A stretch of 64,000 nt of DNA from Planctomycetota bacterium (GTDB lineage Bacteria > Planctomycetota > UBA8108 > SXIK01). The position numbers were made by a program, and so were the translations under genes. The notes under the pieces were generated by a model, which was given only the letters and a program-made list of their open reading frames with translations, did no database searches and was not told the origin of the DNA. The stretch lies in assembly GCA_965223845.1 (NCBI GenBank), contig CBDCXR010000004.1:4480001-4544000 (forward strand). The letters run 5' to 3'. This document shows, piece after piece, positions 49,154-59,175 of this stretch. The stretch's first letter is position 1; each line of letters starts with the position of its first letter.

Positions 49154-49656
49154 TCCTCGACCTCCGCAGCGAGTCGCGTACGCAGCGCATCGAGCGCGTA
49201 GCGGTAACGCGATTTCGCGGTGGCAACGGGGATTTCGAGAAGAGATCCAATTGCGCCAAACGTGAGCTCTCCCCACACTCGGAGCACGAGCGCTTCGCGC
49301 TGCTCGGCCGGAAGCGCGTCTAGCGCGGCTTCCACTCGAGCGCGGAACTCGTCGTCTTCGGGGCCAGGCGCCGCCTCCTCGAAGAGCTGCCGATCGGTCG
49401 GCACACGCTCGGCCCGCTCGCGTCGTGCGAGGCTCCGCCGGTGATTCAGCGCGGCGTTTCGGACCGCGCGATAGAGATACGGCAGCGGTTCGTCGACTCG
49501 AGCGATACGCCGGCGGTAGCAGTTCACGAACGCGTCCTGGACCACGTCCTCGGCGTCCGCTCGATCGCGTACCCACTGCGATGCGTAGAGCACGAGTCGG
49601 CGACCGTGGTCGCGGAACAATTCGGTGAACTCTCTACGGCGTCGATCCGCTCCCAA
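49150..49656 (-). CDS. ECF RNA polymerase sigma factor (sigma-70 group 4)
   Basis: DAEDVVQDAF, YLYRAVRNAALN, LPAEQREALVL, TAKSRYRYAL; TTG start with AAGGAG RBS. Confidence 0.92.
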   Translation of the reverse strand: MGADRRRREFTELFRDHGRRLVLYASQWVRDRADAEDVVQDAFVNCYRRRIARVDEPLPYLYRAVRNAALNHRRSLARRERAERVPTDRQLFEEAAPGPEDDEFRARVEAALDALPAEQREALVLRVWGELTFGAIGSLLEIPVATAKSRYRYALDALRTRLAAEVEE

Positions 49657-49742
49657 CGATTCGTCGGCTCCTTGGCATGGCTTCAGCTCCGGCCGTCGAG
49701 CGCGGCTGACCGCTCACACCGAGGACGAGGCTTTCGATGAAG

Positions 49743-49771
49743 AAGACACCGCTCGATCACGAATGGATTCA
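49743..49771 (-). promoter_or_regulatory. Candidate ECF-type autoregulatory promoter
   Basis: Minus strand TGAATCC-N16-TGTCTT about 90 bp upstream of the ECF gene; loosely resembles ECF -35/-10 spacing. Confidence 0.3.
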
Positions 49772-49814
49772 AGAGAATCTCCGCCTCGCGCGGTGGAGGG
49801 ATCGACGGGGGGAT

Positions 49815-52316
49815 CTAGCGACCCGGCGTTCCCCCCTCGACCGCGCTCGGCCGCCAGCGATTCGCCTCGGCCGCGTCATCCGCACCGCCGGCACGCTCGA
49901 GAGACCTACCCGTGCCGTCCGCGCCACGAGTTGCCCCGGCGGCGTCGGCTCCGTAGGTGACGGAACACATCGCAACTCCCCGTCGGTTGACGAGCTGAAC
50001 GCGCTCGCCTTCGTTCGCGAGATGGCCGCGATACGTCCCCGCGATCTCTGCGCCGGGATACCGCGCACGAAACGCGGCAGGGTCGTCGTTCGGGACGAGC
50101 AGGAGACGCTGACGCGGTGCGATGACACTACCCGGCGGGAAGTGATAGTCCACGCCGCTCAGATACGCGCCGGTGAGCTCGATCGATGCCGCGGACGGAT
50201 TCTCGATCTCGATGAACTCGAACTCCTCGCCTTCCGTCGGTTGATACATGATCTCGCTGAACCGAAGCGGCGAGGTCGTCGTCCCGATGAGAACGAGCTG
50301 ATCGAGGAGCGCGCTCCACTCTTCGCCGACGCGAACTCTCGCGCGCACGCGAGCGGTTTCCCTGAGCTCGAAGCTCACCTGTCGCGCGCGGATGCCGCGC
50401 CGTCGAGACGGACGTCCTCGCTCCGGCTCGCGCGGATCGGAGCCGTCGATCGAGTAGGAGACCGCACCGCGACGGTTCGGATTGCGAAGGACGACGCGCA
50501 CTGCCGCCGTCGTCTCGCTCTCACTCTCGAGCGACGAAATTTCGATCGCCGGGGGATCGATCGAAGGGAAGTACCCTCGCTCGCGGAGTGCCCGGACGAA
50601 ACGGGCGACGTTTCTCTGCAGGATCTTCGCGATCGCGTCGCGACTCGGGCGCCAGTTTTGCTCCCGGGTTCGGGGGTCGTCTTCCTGTCCCCAGGCGGAA
50701 TCACCCCACCGTGCGGACTCGGCGACGATCGGTCCTTCGATCGCATCGGCGAGCGAGCGGAAGCGCGCCCCCATCGCGCGATCGCTGAGGGCTCCGGCGC
50801 GAAAGCAGTGTTTCTGAACGCGATCCGCGAACCGAAGGAGAAACTCGGGATCCTCCGCGAGCGTGAGCCAAATGCGCGAAATCGGGATCCGGCCCGACGA
50901 AAAGAGCGGATGCACCCAGGCGCCCGGGTGCGAATAGTGATAGTCGACCGTCCAGAACGCCAGCTCCGCGTCCCAGGAGTGGAAACGCAGCTTTCCCGCG
51001 GGCTTCGTGCGACCGCCGACGTACCAATTGTTGTACGGCCAGTCCCCAGTGCCGGAGTACCAGTTGAGAAGGACGTAGTCGCAAAACGCGTCCAGGTCGA
51101 GGAGCTCTTCGATCGTTCGACGGCGCGCGTCCGGGTCTCCCCCGCGAAGCATCACGGTCTCGAGCAGCCGATTCCACCGCGAGGCGTCACCCGCGACGAC
51201 CCCGCCGTGATTGACGACGCCGTAGTCGGTTTCCTGGCCGCCGAGGTAGGCCGCCAAGAACTTCGCGTCCGGTCGCTCCGTAATGTTGTAGAGACCGAAG
51301 TAGAGGCCGTTCACATAGAGGTGGACGAAGATCCCACGCGCGCCGAGCCCGGTCATCGCGATCTCCGAGTCGCGAACGAGCTGATCCCGCAGGTACGCGC
51401 TCGGCGCGTGCTTGTACGCGAGCTCCTTCGACCAGTTCGTGTTGCCGCCCGCTCGGAGGACGACGGTGTCGAATCGCTCGACTGCGGAATGAGCGTGGTG
51501 AACGGCGCTCTCGAAGAGCGGATACTCGAGCTTGCCGCTCCCGTGCTCCTTCTTGAAGAGAAGCCGAAACGATTTTTTTCGCGCCTGGTCCGCGGCGAGA
51601 CCACCCTGCATGCGAAACCCACAGTCCGCCTGAAAGCCGCGAAACTGAGCGTAGCGCTCTCGCTCAGGGTACATCAGCTCCACCGACGCGCTCCGTTCCC
51701 AATCGGCGCCGCGCCGGCGGTGGTTCGTGTAGAGATCGTTGAAGTCCTCGCGCGCGAGCGCGATCGATAAGCTCGGCAGCTCGGTGAGATGAGTCGCGAG
51801 ATCACCGCTCGCCGGGTCACCGAGGACCTCGGGGTCCATCGCGTAGTCGAACGTCAATTCGCGCGAGCGCTGCCGCACCGACCGGAACGACGTGATGTAA
51901 CCAGCCGGAAGCGCGGGCTGCGCGGCGACGGTGCGGGGAAGCACGAACGTGTGCGTCGTCGGTGCGGGCGCCGACTCCGAATCGCTTCCGTACGCGACGG
52001 CCCGCACGACGGTCGTTCGCGTAATCTTGATCGGCTTCGCGTAGCGCGCACCGAAGCTCGCCGTCGGCGCGCTTCCGTCTGTCGTGTAGCGAATCGTGTC
52101 CGTAGGATTCGGCGATGCGAGCGTAAGGAGGAACGGCGCGTCTCGGAAGCCGCGCGTCTCGCTGAACCGGACTGTGTCCGCGCGAGCTCGCTCTTGAACG
52201 GCGCTCGACATCAAGGCGAGCGCGAGTGCGATCAGGGCGCGCCCGCCACGGGCCGGGGTCGCTCGTCTCCCCCCGAGGCTCGGGTTCGCGCACCGCGTCG
52301 CTCGCCGATCGTCCAT
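49815..52316 (-). CDS. CotH kinase family protein with chitobiase/Fn3-associated and lamin-tail domains
   Basis: IRYTTDGSAP, KKSFRLLFK, HLYVNGLYFGLYNITERPD, DWPYNNW, WDAE, AESARWGD, LRFSEIMYQP..EFIEIEN, ANRWRPS..GGTPG. Confidence 0.9.
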   Translation of the reverse strand: MDDRRATRCANPSLGGRRATPARGGRALIALALALMSSAVQERARADTVRFSETRGFRDAPFLLTLASPNPTDTIRYTTDGSAPTASFGARYAKPIKITRTTVVRAVAYGSDSESAPAPTTHTFVLPRTVAAQPALPAGYITSFRSVRQRSRELTFDYAMDPEVLGDPASGDLATHLTELPSLSIALAREDFNDLYTNHRRRGADWERSASVELMYPERERYAQFRGFQADCGFRMQGGLAADQARKKSFRLLFKKEHGSGKLEYPLFESAVHHAHSAVERFDTVVLRAGGNTNWSKELAYKHAPSAYLRDQLVRDSEIAMTGLGARGIFVHLYVNGLYFGLYNITERPDAKFLAAYLGGQETDYGVVNHGGVVAGDASRWNRLLETVMLRGGDPDARRRTIEELLDLDAFCDYVLLNWYSGTGDWPYNNWYVGGRTKPAGKLRFHSWDAELAFWTVDYHYSHPGAWVHPLFSSGRIPISRIWLTLAEDPEFLLRFADRVQKHCFRAGALSDRAMGARFRSLADAIEGPIVAESARWGDSAWGQEDDPRTREQNWRPSRDAIAKILQRNVARFVRALRERGYFPSIDPPAIEISSLESESETTAAVRVVLRNPNRRGAVSYSIDGSDPREPERGRPSRRRGIRARQVSFELRETARVRARVRVGEEWSALLDQLVLIGTTTSPLRFSEIMYQPTEGEEFEFIEIENPSAASIELTGAYLSGVDYHFPPGSVIAPRQRLLLVPNDDPAAFRARYPGAEIAGTYRGHLANEGERVQLVNRRGVAMCSVTYGADAAGATRGADGTGRSLERAGGADDAAEANRWRPSAVEGGTPGR

Positions 52317-52600
52317 GTCGTCCGTCCCAGCTTCGGTCTCCGACTATCGCGTCATCGTACCTCGCCGAGAGCCGTTCGCCAGCGGCGGCAGGAAGTTGCG
52401 CTTCTCAGCCTGGATCATTCATGAACACCGTGACGAGAGCGCGGAGGCGCCCGCCTGGCGAGGCACCGGATCGGGTTCGACCGGAGGCGAGTGTTTCACT
52501 CTGTAGGTGTTCACCCACCCCGGATCGAATCCGATTCGGTACCACCGTCCGGGCGGGATGCATACGTGCTCGCAGTCGGTGGCTCGTGAACCATTCGGGC

Positions 52601-53815
52601 TCAGAGCTCGAAGTCGACGAACCGCGGCCGGCACGCCGTGTCGTACGCTACGCGCATCCGGCGATCTCGCGGAAAAAACTGAAGCGTCGCGGTTGTGTAC
52701 CAGTAGGAACCGTGCGTGCAGATCGTCGCGTCACCCGGCTCGTTCTCCGGTCCGTGGTCGGCGAGAATCCGCTCGAGATCGTTCGCACTCAACCGCTCGT
52801 CGCCATCGAACAGATCCGCGAAGCGACGGTCCCGGAGATCGGACGAATCGTGGACCCGTCGTCCTCGGAGCGCGCGCGGTGAGCGACCGGCGAACACGGT
52901 GTCGTCGTCCACTTCGACGTCGCTCAGCAAGCCGGCACGAAATCGATTCGTGTGGAAGAGGTGATCGGCACCTCGCGTCGGACACCGGACCGCGTGCTTG
53001 GAGTTTGACAGCTCGAGCGACGCGATGTCTCCGCTCGCGTCGGCGAGCATGAGAATGCCGCCGCCCCACCGCGGAAAAGAACCGAGAAAGTCGACGGCCT
53101 CTGCGACCGTACGGCATCGCGCGAGCGCGGCCGAAATCGCCATCGAGATCGACGGCCCAAAGCGGGCGCAGTCCCGCACGTACGCGTAGTCGTACGTGAT
53201 TGTTAGACCGTTCTCGTTCATTCCGTCGACGGCACCCGCGAGCGGCGCGATCGTGAACTCGAGCGACCGAAACCCCTCTCGCGGCCGGCACTCACGCACG
53301 GCGTAGTAGGGCTGAATGAGAGGAAGATAGTCGAAGTTCCGCGCGACGATCGGCGACTCGGTCGACGACCGGCGGCCGCGCACCGCCACCGCGCAGCACG
53401 CCCCGGGCGGCGGAACGATCGCCTTGCCGTCGAGATCGGCGATCCAGGGCTCGAGCGCGTTCAGGAGCCGGATCGACTTCGAGCTCAGGCCCGCTCCGGC
53501 GGCGATCCCGTCGAGACGGTGAGCGTGTGCCGGTGAGATGCGGTCGAGGATCGACCAAAGCCGCCCGATCCTTCGCTCGGCGATCCTCCGAAACACCCCG
53601 AACGGGATCCACATCGGCTTGGCGCGGCGAAAGACCTCGAGTCCGCGGAGAGAGGAAAGCGTGCCGGCGATCTTCTCGCTGAGTGCCTCGCCTTGCCTCG
53701 CACCCATCTCGAACGCATCGCCGCTGCAGACGACGTCGAGCACGGGAGTCGAGCTCGCTTCGCGCGCTTCGATCGGATTCGTAGCCCCGCGAGACGAGGC
53801 CGTCGCAACAGTCAT
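52601..53815 (-). CDS. Peptidase C45 / acyl-CoA:6-APA acyltransferase-like Ntn hydrolase
   Basis: ATG 53815 with GAGGGAGGAG RBS; FEMGARQG, GACCAVAV (Cys nucleophile), ARNFDY, DGMNENGL, ADASGD, HTNRF. The longer 5' part of the track ORF is an antisense shadow. Confidence 0.88.
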   Translation of the reverse strand: MTVATASSRGATNPIEAREASSTPVLDVVCSGDAFEMGARQGEALSEKIAGTLSSLRGLEVFRRAKPMWIPFGVFRRIAERRIGRLWSILDRISPAHAHRLDGIAAGAGLSSKSIRLLNALEPWIADLDGKAIVPPPGACCAVAVRGRRSSTESPIVARNFDYLPLIQPYYAVRECRPREGFRSLEFTIAPLAGAVDGMNENGLTITYDYAYVRDCARFGPSISMAISAALARCRTVAEAVDFLGSFPRWGGGILMLADASGDIASLELSNSKHAVRCPTRGADHLFHTNRFRAGLLSDVEVDDDTVFAGRSPRALRGRRVHDSSDLRDRRFADLFDGDERLSANDLERILADHGPENEPGDATICTHGSYWYTTATLQFFPRDRRMRVAYDTACRPRFVDFEL

Positions 53816-53856
53816 GAACTCCTCCCTCACACGGGACCCTCCTCCGAGACCTCGAC

Positions 53857-53872
53857 AGCGAACGCCGTACCG
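53857..53872 (-). promoter_or_regulatory. Sigma54-like -24/-12 promoter for the C45 gene
   Basis: Minus strand CGGTACGGCGTTCGCT (GG-N10-GC) about 40 bp upstream of ATG 53815, divergent from a sigma54 activator. Confidence 0.5.
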
Positions 53873-54103
53873 CGCGCCGGAATCGACCGAGAATCGTTCC
53901 CGTAACTCGGGTGCTGAGGACGCGCTTGGCCGGTGCGATCGGTACCGCGAACTCCTTCTCGTACTTGGAGTTCGACCGCGCGCCGGCTTCGAAAGTCCGC
54001 CGAGCGCCGGGCCCCGTGGAATGTCGATCGGAGAGCATCGAAGGCCCGCTACAATCGCTGTCGTGTGAGGGACATCTTCTGCAGGCACGATGAGGAGTCG
54101 GCG

Positions 54104-55642
54104 ATGGCTCTCTTCCCGGCGGCAAGCGCGAGGAAAGTCGAGGCTTTCGTCGAGCTGGCGTTCTGCAACCCGTTCCTCGCGAGGCGCATCGACCTCGAGC
54201 GCAAGATCCTCGGACCGACCACGGTCGGCGATCACGCCGTGATGCACAACCTCGCCGGTCTTTCCGTCGAGGATGCGTTTCCGCACCTCGCCCGACTCAG
54301 CGAAGAGGCACTCTCGATCGCGCGCGCTGCGCGAACGAAGCTCCTCGAGCGCGTCGCCGCGAGCGATCGCGAGCTCGATCTCTACCAGCACCTCGCCCTC
54401 TACTGTCTCTACTCGCACGCGGCCGTACGGGCGGGCGAGGAATCGTCCGGCCGTTCGTTCGCCGCGCACTGGGAGAAGTTCGAGGCAGACTTCGCTTTTT
54501 TTCTGCGACTTCCCGGTCGATCCTTCGAGCGGGAGGACGACCCCGCGCACGTCCTCGCGTGCTCCGTCCAGATCCGCCGCGCGTTTCGCAATGTGTTCAA
54601 TTACGTCGTCGGCGCGTCCACGCCCGTAGCGCGGCTCCGCGCGGCGGTGTGGGAATCGATCTTCACTCACGACCTCCGTCGCTACGGGCGAGCGCTCTTC
54701 GAAACGCTTCCCCGCGTACCCACCCTGATCACCGGACAATCCGGCACGGGAAAAGAGCTCGTCGCGAAGGCGATCGCGCTCTCGCGATACGTCCCGTTCG
54801 ATTCCGACGAGAAGCAGTTCGCGCGAGAGAACGGTCGCCTCGTCTCGGTCAATCTTTCCGCGCTCGCCCCGACGCTCGTCGAGTCCGAGCTCTTCGGTCA
54901 CGTCAAGGGTGCATTCACCGGCGCCGTGCGCGATCGCGACGGTCGACTCGCGGAGTGCGGCGAGCTCGGGTCGGTGTTCCTCGATGAAATCGGCGAGCTC
55001 GATCTCGCCATCCAAGTGAAGCTGCTTCGCGTCCTCCAGGAGCGTCGCTACCAGCGGCTGGGTGAAGGCGAGGACCGCACCTTCAACGCCAAGATTCTCG
55101 CGGCCACGAACCGCGATCTCGCCATCGAGATGGCGGAAGGACGATTCCGCGAGGATCTCTACTACCGCCTCTGCGGCGACGTCGTTCGCACGCCGTCTCT
55201 CCGCGAGCAGCTCGACGATGCGCCGGACGATCTCCCGAGCATGGTGCGCTACATCTTGAGCGATCAACATCTCGTCGTCGACGAAGTGGAGCGCGAGAGC
55301 ATCGCGAACGAGGTCGTCTCGTTCATCGAGACCGAGCTGCCCGGCGACTATCCCTGGCCCGGCAACTTCCGCGAGCTCGAGCAGTGCGTGCGAAACATCC
55401 TCATCCGGCGCGAGTATCGCCCGGTGACTCGAGCCCCCTCGGCACCAGGTGACTCCGACGCAGACTCCTACGTCGCACGGCTCCGGCGCGGCGAACTCTC
55501 TTCGGATGAGCTCGTTCGGGAGTACTACACCCTCGTCTACAAAAAAACGGGAAGCTACAAGGCCGCCGCGCGTGTCCTCGAAATCGACTGGCGCACGGTT
55601 CGCGACAAGGTCGATCCCGCCGCTCTCGATTCGGACGCTTAG
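54104..55642 (+). CDS. Sigma54-dependent transcriptional activator with unrecognised N-terminal domain
   Basis: ATG 54104 with GAGGAG RBS; GQSGTGKE, ESELFGHVKGAFTGA, FLDEIGE, YPWPGNFRELEQ, HTH YKAAARVLEIDWRTV. Confidence 0.92.
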   Translation: MALFPAASARKVEAFVELAFCNPFLARRIDLERKILGPTTVGDHAVMHNLAGLSVEDAFPHLARLSEEALSIARAARTKLLERVAASDRELDLYQHLALYCLYSHAAVRAGEESSGRSFAAHWEKFEADFAFFLRLPGRSFEREDDPAHVLACSVQIRRAFRNVFNYVVGASTPVARLRAAVWESIFTHDLRRYGRALFETLPRVPTLITGQSGTGKELVAKAIALSRYVPFDSDEKQFARENGRLVSVNLSALAPTLVESELFGHVKGAFTGAVRDRDGRLAECGELGSVFLDEIGELDLAIQVKLLRVLQERRYQRLGEGEDRTFNAKILAATNRDLAIEMAEGRFREDLYYRLCGDVVRTPSLREQLDDAPDDLPSMVRYILSDQHLVVDEVERESIANEVVSFIETELPGDYPWPGNFRELEQCVRNILIRREYRPVTRAPSAPGDSDADSYVARLRRGELSSDELVREYYTLVYKKTGSYKAAARVLEIDWRTVRDKVDPAALDSDA

Positions 55643-55801
55643 ACCGGTGCTCCTACGAACAATACCGGAATTCAGATCGCGGCTCGAAGTCGCTCCCCCG
55701 CTCGTCGAGAGATCCGCTCGTTCGTCTTCGTTGCTTATCGACCGCTCATGGTGCACGATGCCCGGGCGTGAGGGACGCACCGCCTCGGATACCATTCATC
55801 G

Positions 55802-58800
55802 ATGATTCGTTGGTTCGCCAACAACTCGATCGCCGCCAATTTTCTCATGGTGGGGATCCTCCTCGCGGGCTTCTACACCGCGTTCTTTCGCATCCCTCTC
55901 GAGGTGACCCCCTCGAAGAGCTACAACGGCATTCGGATCGCGATGCCGTATCGGGGCGCGACGGCGAAGGACGTCGAGCGTGACATCCTGATCCCGATCG
56001 AGAACTCCCTCGAGGGAGTCGAAGGGATCAAGATGCTCCACGCCGACGGCAGTCGCGGCTACGGGCAGATCTGGATCGAGGCGAAGGACGGCTACGATCC
56101 AAAGGAGCTCCTCGACGTCGTCGAAGCGCGCGTCGACGCAATCACATCCTTTCCGAGCGAGACGGAGCGCCCGCGGATCCACGTGCCGGATTCGTCGGAG
56201 TGGATGGAGGTGCTGACCGTCGCGGTGACCGCGCGGCTTCCGGCCGACGACCTCCGCCGGCTCGCGCGCCGAGTTCAGGAGGATCTCCTCGAGATTCCCG
56301 GCATCAGCCGCGTGAACCTCGAAGGGACGCGAAACCACGAGATCGCGATCGAAGCGGGAATCGATCGTCTCGAAGCCTACGACCTCGGCTTCCGCGAGCT
56401 CGCCGAGGCCATCCGCCGCTCCTCGGTCGACCTTCCGGCGGGCGCGATCCGAAGCGAGAGCGGGACGCTCGTCGTCCGGACTCGGGGCCAGGCCTACACG
56501 ACCGAGGACTTCGAGGCGATCCCCGTTCGCGCAGCGAGCGGGGCGGAAGTTCTTCTCGGCGAAATCGCGACGGTGAAGGACGGCTTCGAAGAGGGCGACA
56601 AGCGCGTCGCGTTCAACGGCCAACCCGCGATCTTCCTCGAAGTCATGCGGGCCGGAAACGAAAGCGCGATCGACATCTCGAAGAAAGTCGCGGCTTACGT
56701 CGACGCGGCGCCGACGCGGTTCCCCGAGGGCATCGCGCTCTTCATCTGGGACGACGAATCGATCCGCATCCGCGGACGGCTGAGCACGCTCGCGTGGTCG
56801 CTCGTTCAGGGCGGCCTTCTCGTCTTCGCCATCCTCGGACTGTTCCTCCGCCCGCGTCTCGCGTTCTGGGTCATGATGGGGATCCCGGTGAGCTTCGCGG
56901 GTGGGGTTCTCCTCATGCCGACGTTCGGCCTGACTGCGAACCTAACGAGCCTCTTCGGATTCATGCTCGTGCTCGGACTCGTCGTCGACGACGCGATCGT
57001 CACGGGAGAGAACATCTACTCTCGCGCGCGCGACGGCTTGGATCCGCTCGAGGCTTCCGTTCGCGGAACGAAGGAAGTCGCCGTACCGGTGACCTTCGGC
57101 GCCCTGACGACGGTCGTCGCGTTTCTACCTCTCCTCTACTTTGAGGGCTGGTGGGGAGATTTTGCGAAGCAGATCCCGCCGGTCGTCGCTCCGGTTCTCC
57201 TTTTCTCGCTCATCGAGTCGAAGCTGATCCTCCCGTCGCACCTCAAGCACTTGAAGGTGCGACGCACACAGCTGAACGCCTTCGATCGATTTCAAAAGAG
57301 ATTCGCGAGCAGCCTCGAGTGGTTCGTCGCCAACGTGTATCAACCCAGCCTTCGCATCGCCGTGCGCTACCGCACCGCGGTCCTCGCCGGTTTCGTGGCC
57401 GCGGGCCTTCTGATCGCGGGATACTGCAAGGGAGGGCGAATGGGATTCATCTCCCTCCCCGAGGTCGATCGCCCGCGAGTCTCCGCGTGGCTCGACCTTC
57501 CGGATGACACCCCAACCGAAACGACGCACGCGTACGTGGACCGGATCGCAGCCGCGATCGAAGGTCTCAAGAGCGAATTCGTCGATCCCGGAACGGGGGA
57601 ATCGCTGATCGTCAACATCATGAAGGTGGGATGTGCGTACTACGCCGGCGCTGACTTCGACAACTCGCGCGGCATGGTCGCCGTCGAGTTGATGCCTCCG
57701 AGCCTCCGCACGGGACGCGGAGCGCGGAACAGCGAAATCGTGAAGCGCTGGAACGACGTCGTCGGCAAAATTCCCGAGGCGAATTCCTTCGTGATTCGCA
57801 GCGAGAGCATGGGCGGAAAGCCGCGCCGGGGCGACTACATGGAGGAGGCGCTCGAGCTCGAGATTCGCGGTGTCGCGTCGGAGGAGAAGAATGCGATCGC
57901 CGAGCGCGTCGCCGATCTCATCGAATCGAAGGAAGGCATCCGGACGGCGTGGGCGCGGGTGAATCACGGTCAAGACGAGCTCGAGTTTAGGCTGAAACCG
58001 CGCGCGCTCGAGCTCGGCCTCACGCAGCGACAGCTAGCGCAGCAGATTCGTCAGGCGTTCTACGGGGAGGAGGCGCAGCGTCTCCTTCGCGACTCGAGCG
58101 AGATTCGCGTCATGGTGCGCCTTCCGCGCGAGGCGCGAGAGTCGCTCGACACCCTCGATCGAATCCGCGTGCGGACGCCGGGCGGCGCCGAGGTGCCGCT
58201 CGCCACCGTCGCCGATGTGGCGTTCGTCAAGGCGCCGTCGTTCGTCGAACGAAACGACCGTGCGGAGGTCGTCCGCATCGGCGCGATGCCGGAGGACGAG
58301 ACGGTCGACATCGTCGGAATCGCCAAGGCGGCGGTTCCGGAAATTCAGGAGATCGTCAGCGAGGGAAAGGGGCTCTCGTTCGTGTTTCGCGGTTACGTCG
58401 CGGAGTACGACGAGTCGCGACGGCGAACGATCATCGGCTTCGTCGCGCTCCTCTTCGCGCTCTACGCGCTCCTTGCGATTCCGTTCAAGTCGCTCCTTCA
58501 GCCGCTCTACGTCCTCGTCGCCGTTCCGTTCGGCATCATCGGCGCGCTTCTCGGCCACATGGCGATGGGCATCACACCGTCCTACCTGTCGGTGTTCGGA
58601 ATGCTCGCCGTCTCGGGCATCGTCGTCAACGACGCGCTCGTGCTCGTCGATTACATCAACCGGCGTCGAAAAGCGGGCGTCTCCCTGCACGACGCCGTGC
58701 TCGAGGCCGGTGGTCGACGCTTCAGGCCGATCGTCCTCACGTCGCTCACGACGTTCGTCGGGCTCGTGCCTCTCCTCCTCGACCGCTCGCTCCAGGCGCA

Positions 58801-59011
58801 GTTTCTCATCCCGATGGCGACGACCCTCGGATCCGGTATCCTCGTCGCGACGGGAATCACTCTCTACTTAATCCCCTGCACTCTGATCGTCGCCGAGGAC
58901 ATCGGGCGAGGGTGGCGACGCGTCGCGGATTGGTACTGCCGCCCGTTTCGCCGGTCGGTCGACGATCTCTCGAAACCCGCTTCCCACGCCGGTGAGGGCG
59001 TTGCGCGGTGA
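55802..59011 (+). CDS. RND family efflux permease (AcrB/AcrD/AcrF-like)
   Basis: MIRWFANNSIAANFLM, LGLVVDDAIVTGENI, GIVVNDALVLVD, RFRPIVLTSLTT, QAQFLIPMA. Confidence 0.95.
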   Translation: MIRWFANNSIAANFLMVGILLAGFYTAFFRIPLEVTPSKSYNGIRIAMPYRGATAKDVERDILIPIENSLEGVEGIKMLHADGSRGYGQIWIEAKDGYDPKELLDVVEARVDAITSFPSETERPRIHVPDSSEWMEVLTVAVTARLPADDLRRLARRVQEDLLEIPGISRVNLEGTRNHEIAIEAGIDRLEAYDLGFRELAEAIRRSSVDLPAGAIRSESGTLVVRTRGQAYTTEDFEAIPVRAASGAEVLLGEIATVKDGFEEGDKRVAFNGQPAIFLEVMRAGNESAIDISKKVAAYVDAAPTRFPEGIALFIWDDESIRIRGRLSTLAWSLVQGGLLVFAILGLFLRPRLAFWVMMGIPVSFAGGVLLMPTFGLTANLTSLFGFMLVLGLVVDDAIVTGENIYSRARDGLDPLEASVRGTKEVAVPVTFGALTTVVAFLPLLYFEGWWGDFAKQIPPVVAPVLLFSLIESKLILPSHLKHLKVRRTQLNAFDRFQKRFASSLEWFVANVYQPSLRIAVRYRTAVLAGFVAAGLLIAGYCKGGRMGFISLPEVDRPRVSAWLDLPDDTPTETTHAYVDRIAAAIEGLKSEFVDPGTGESLIVNIMKVGCAYYAGADFDNSRGMVAVELMPPSLRTGRGARNSEIVKRWNDVVGKIPEANSFVIRSESMGGKPRRGDYMEEALELEIRGVASEEKNAIAERVADLIESKEGIRTAWARVNHGQDELEFRLKPRALELGLTQRQLAQQIRQAFYGEEAQRLLRDSSEIRVMVRLPREARESLDTLDRIRVRTPGGAEVPLATVADVAFVKAPSFVERNDRAEVVRIGAMPEDETVDIVGIAKAAVPEIQEIVSEGKGLSFVFRGYVAEYDESRRRTIIGFVALLFALYALLAIPFKSLLQPLYVLVAVPFGIIGALLGHMAMGITPSYLSVFGMLAVSGIVVNDALVLVDYINRRRKAGVSLHDAVLEAGGRRFRPIVLTSLTTFVGLVPLLLDRSLQAQFLIPMATTLGSGILVATGITLYLIPCTLIVAEDIGRGWRRVADWYCRPFRRSVDDLSKPASHAGEGVAR

Positions 59012-59175
59012 GCGCCATCGATCGATGGCGCGCCGACGCGCCGGCGCGGTGAAATCGATTGTGTTCTCGAGCCGAGTAGATTCAATGGAGAGCGACGACG
59101 ACATCGCAGCGATGCTCGATAGCACGAACGTCTGGAGCTGTTTCGGGCGCGCTGCACGCGGTTTCCGATCGGCTG

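Noticed and set aside
49154-49576. Arg-rich N-terminal extension of the serpin ORF
   Set aside because: Overlaps the ECF sigma gene in another frame; the ATGA-coupled start at 49153 is far more plausible.
54104-55642. Sigma54 activator as RtcR for the rtcA remnant
   Set aside because: 28 kb away, no recognisable CARF-type N-terminus, and it has its own divergent target.
53816-55795. Apparent 660-aa N-terminal extension making a 1064-aa C45 fusion
   Set aside because: It is the antisense of the sigma54 activator; the C45 gene has its own strong RBS and ATG at 53815.
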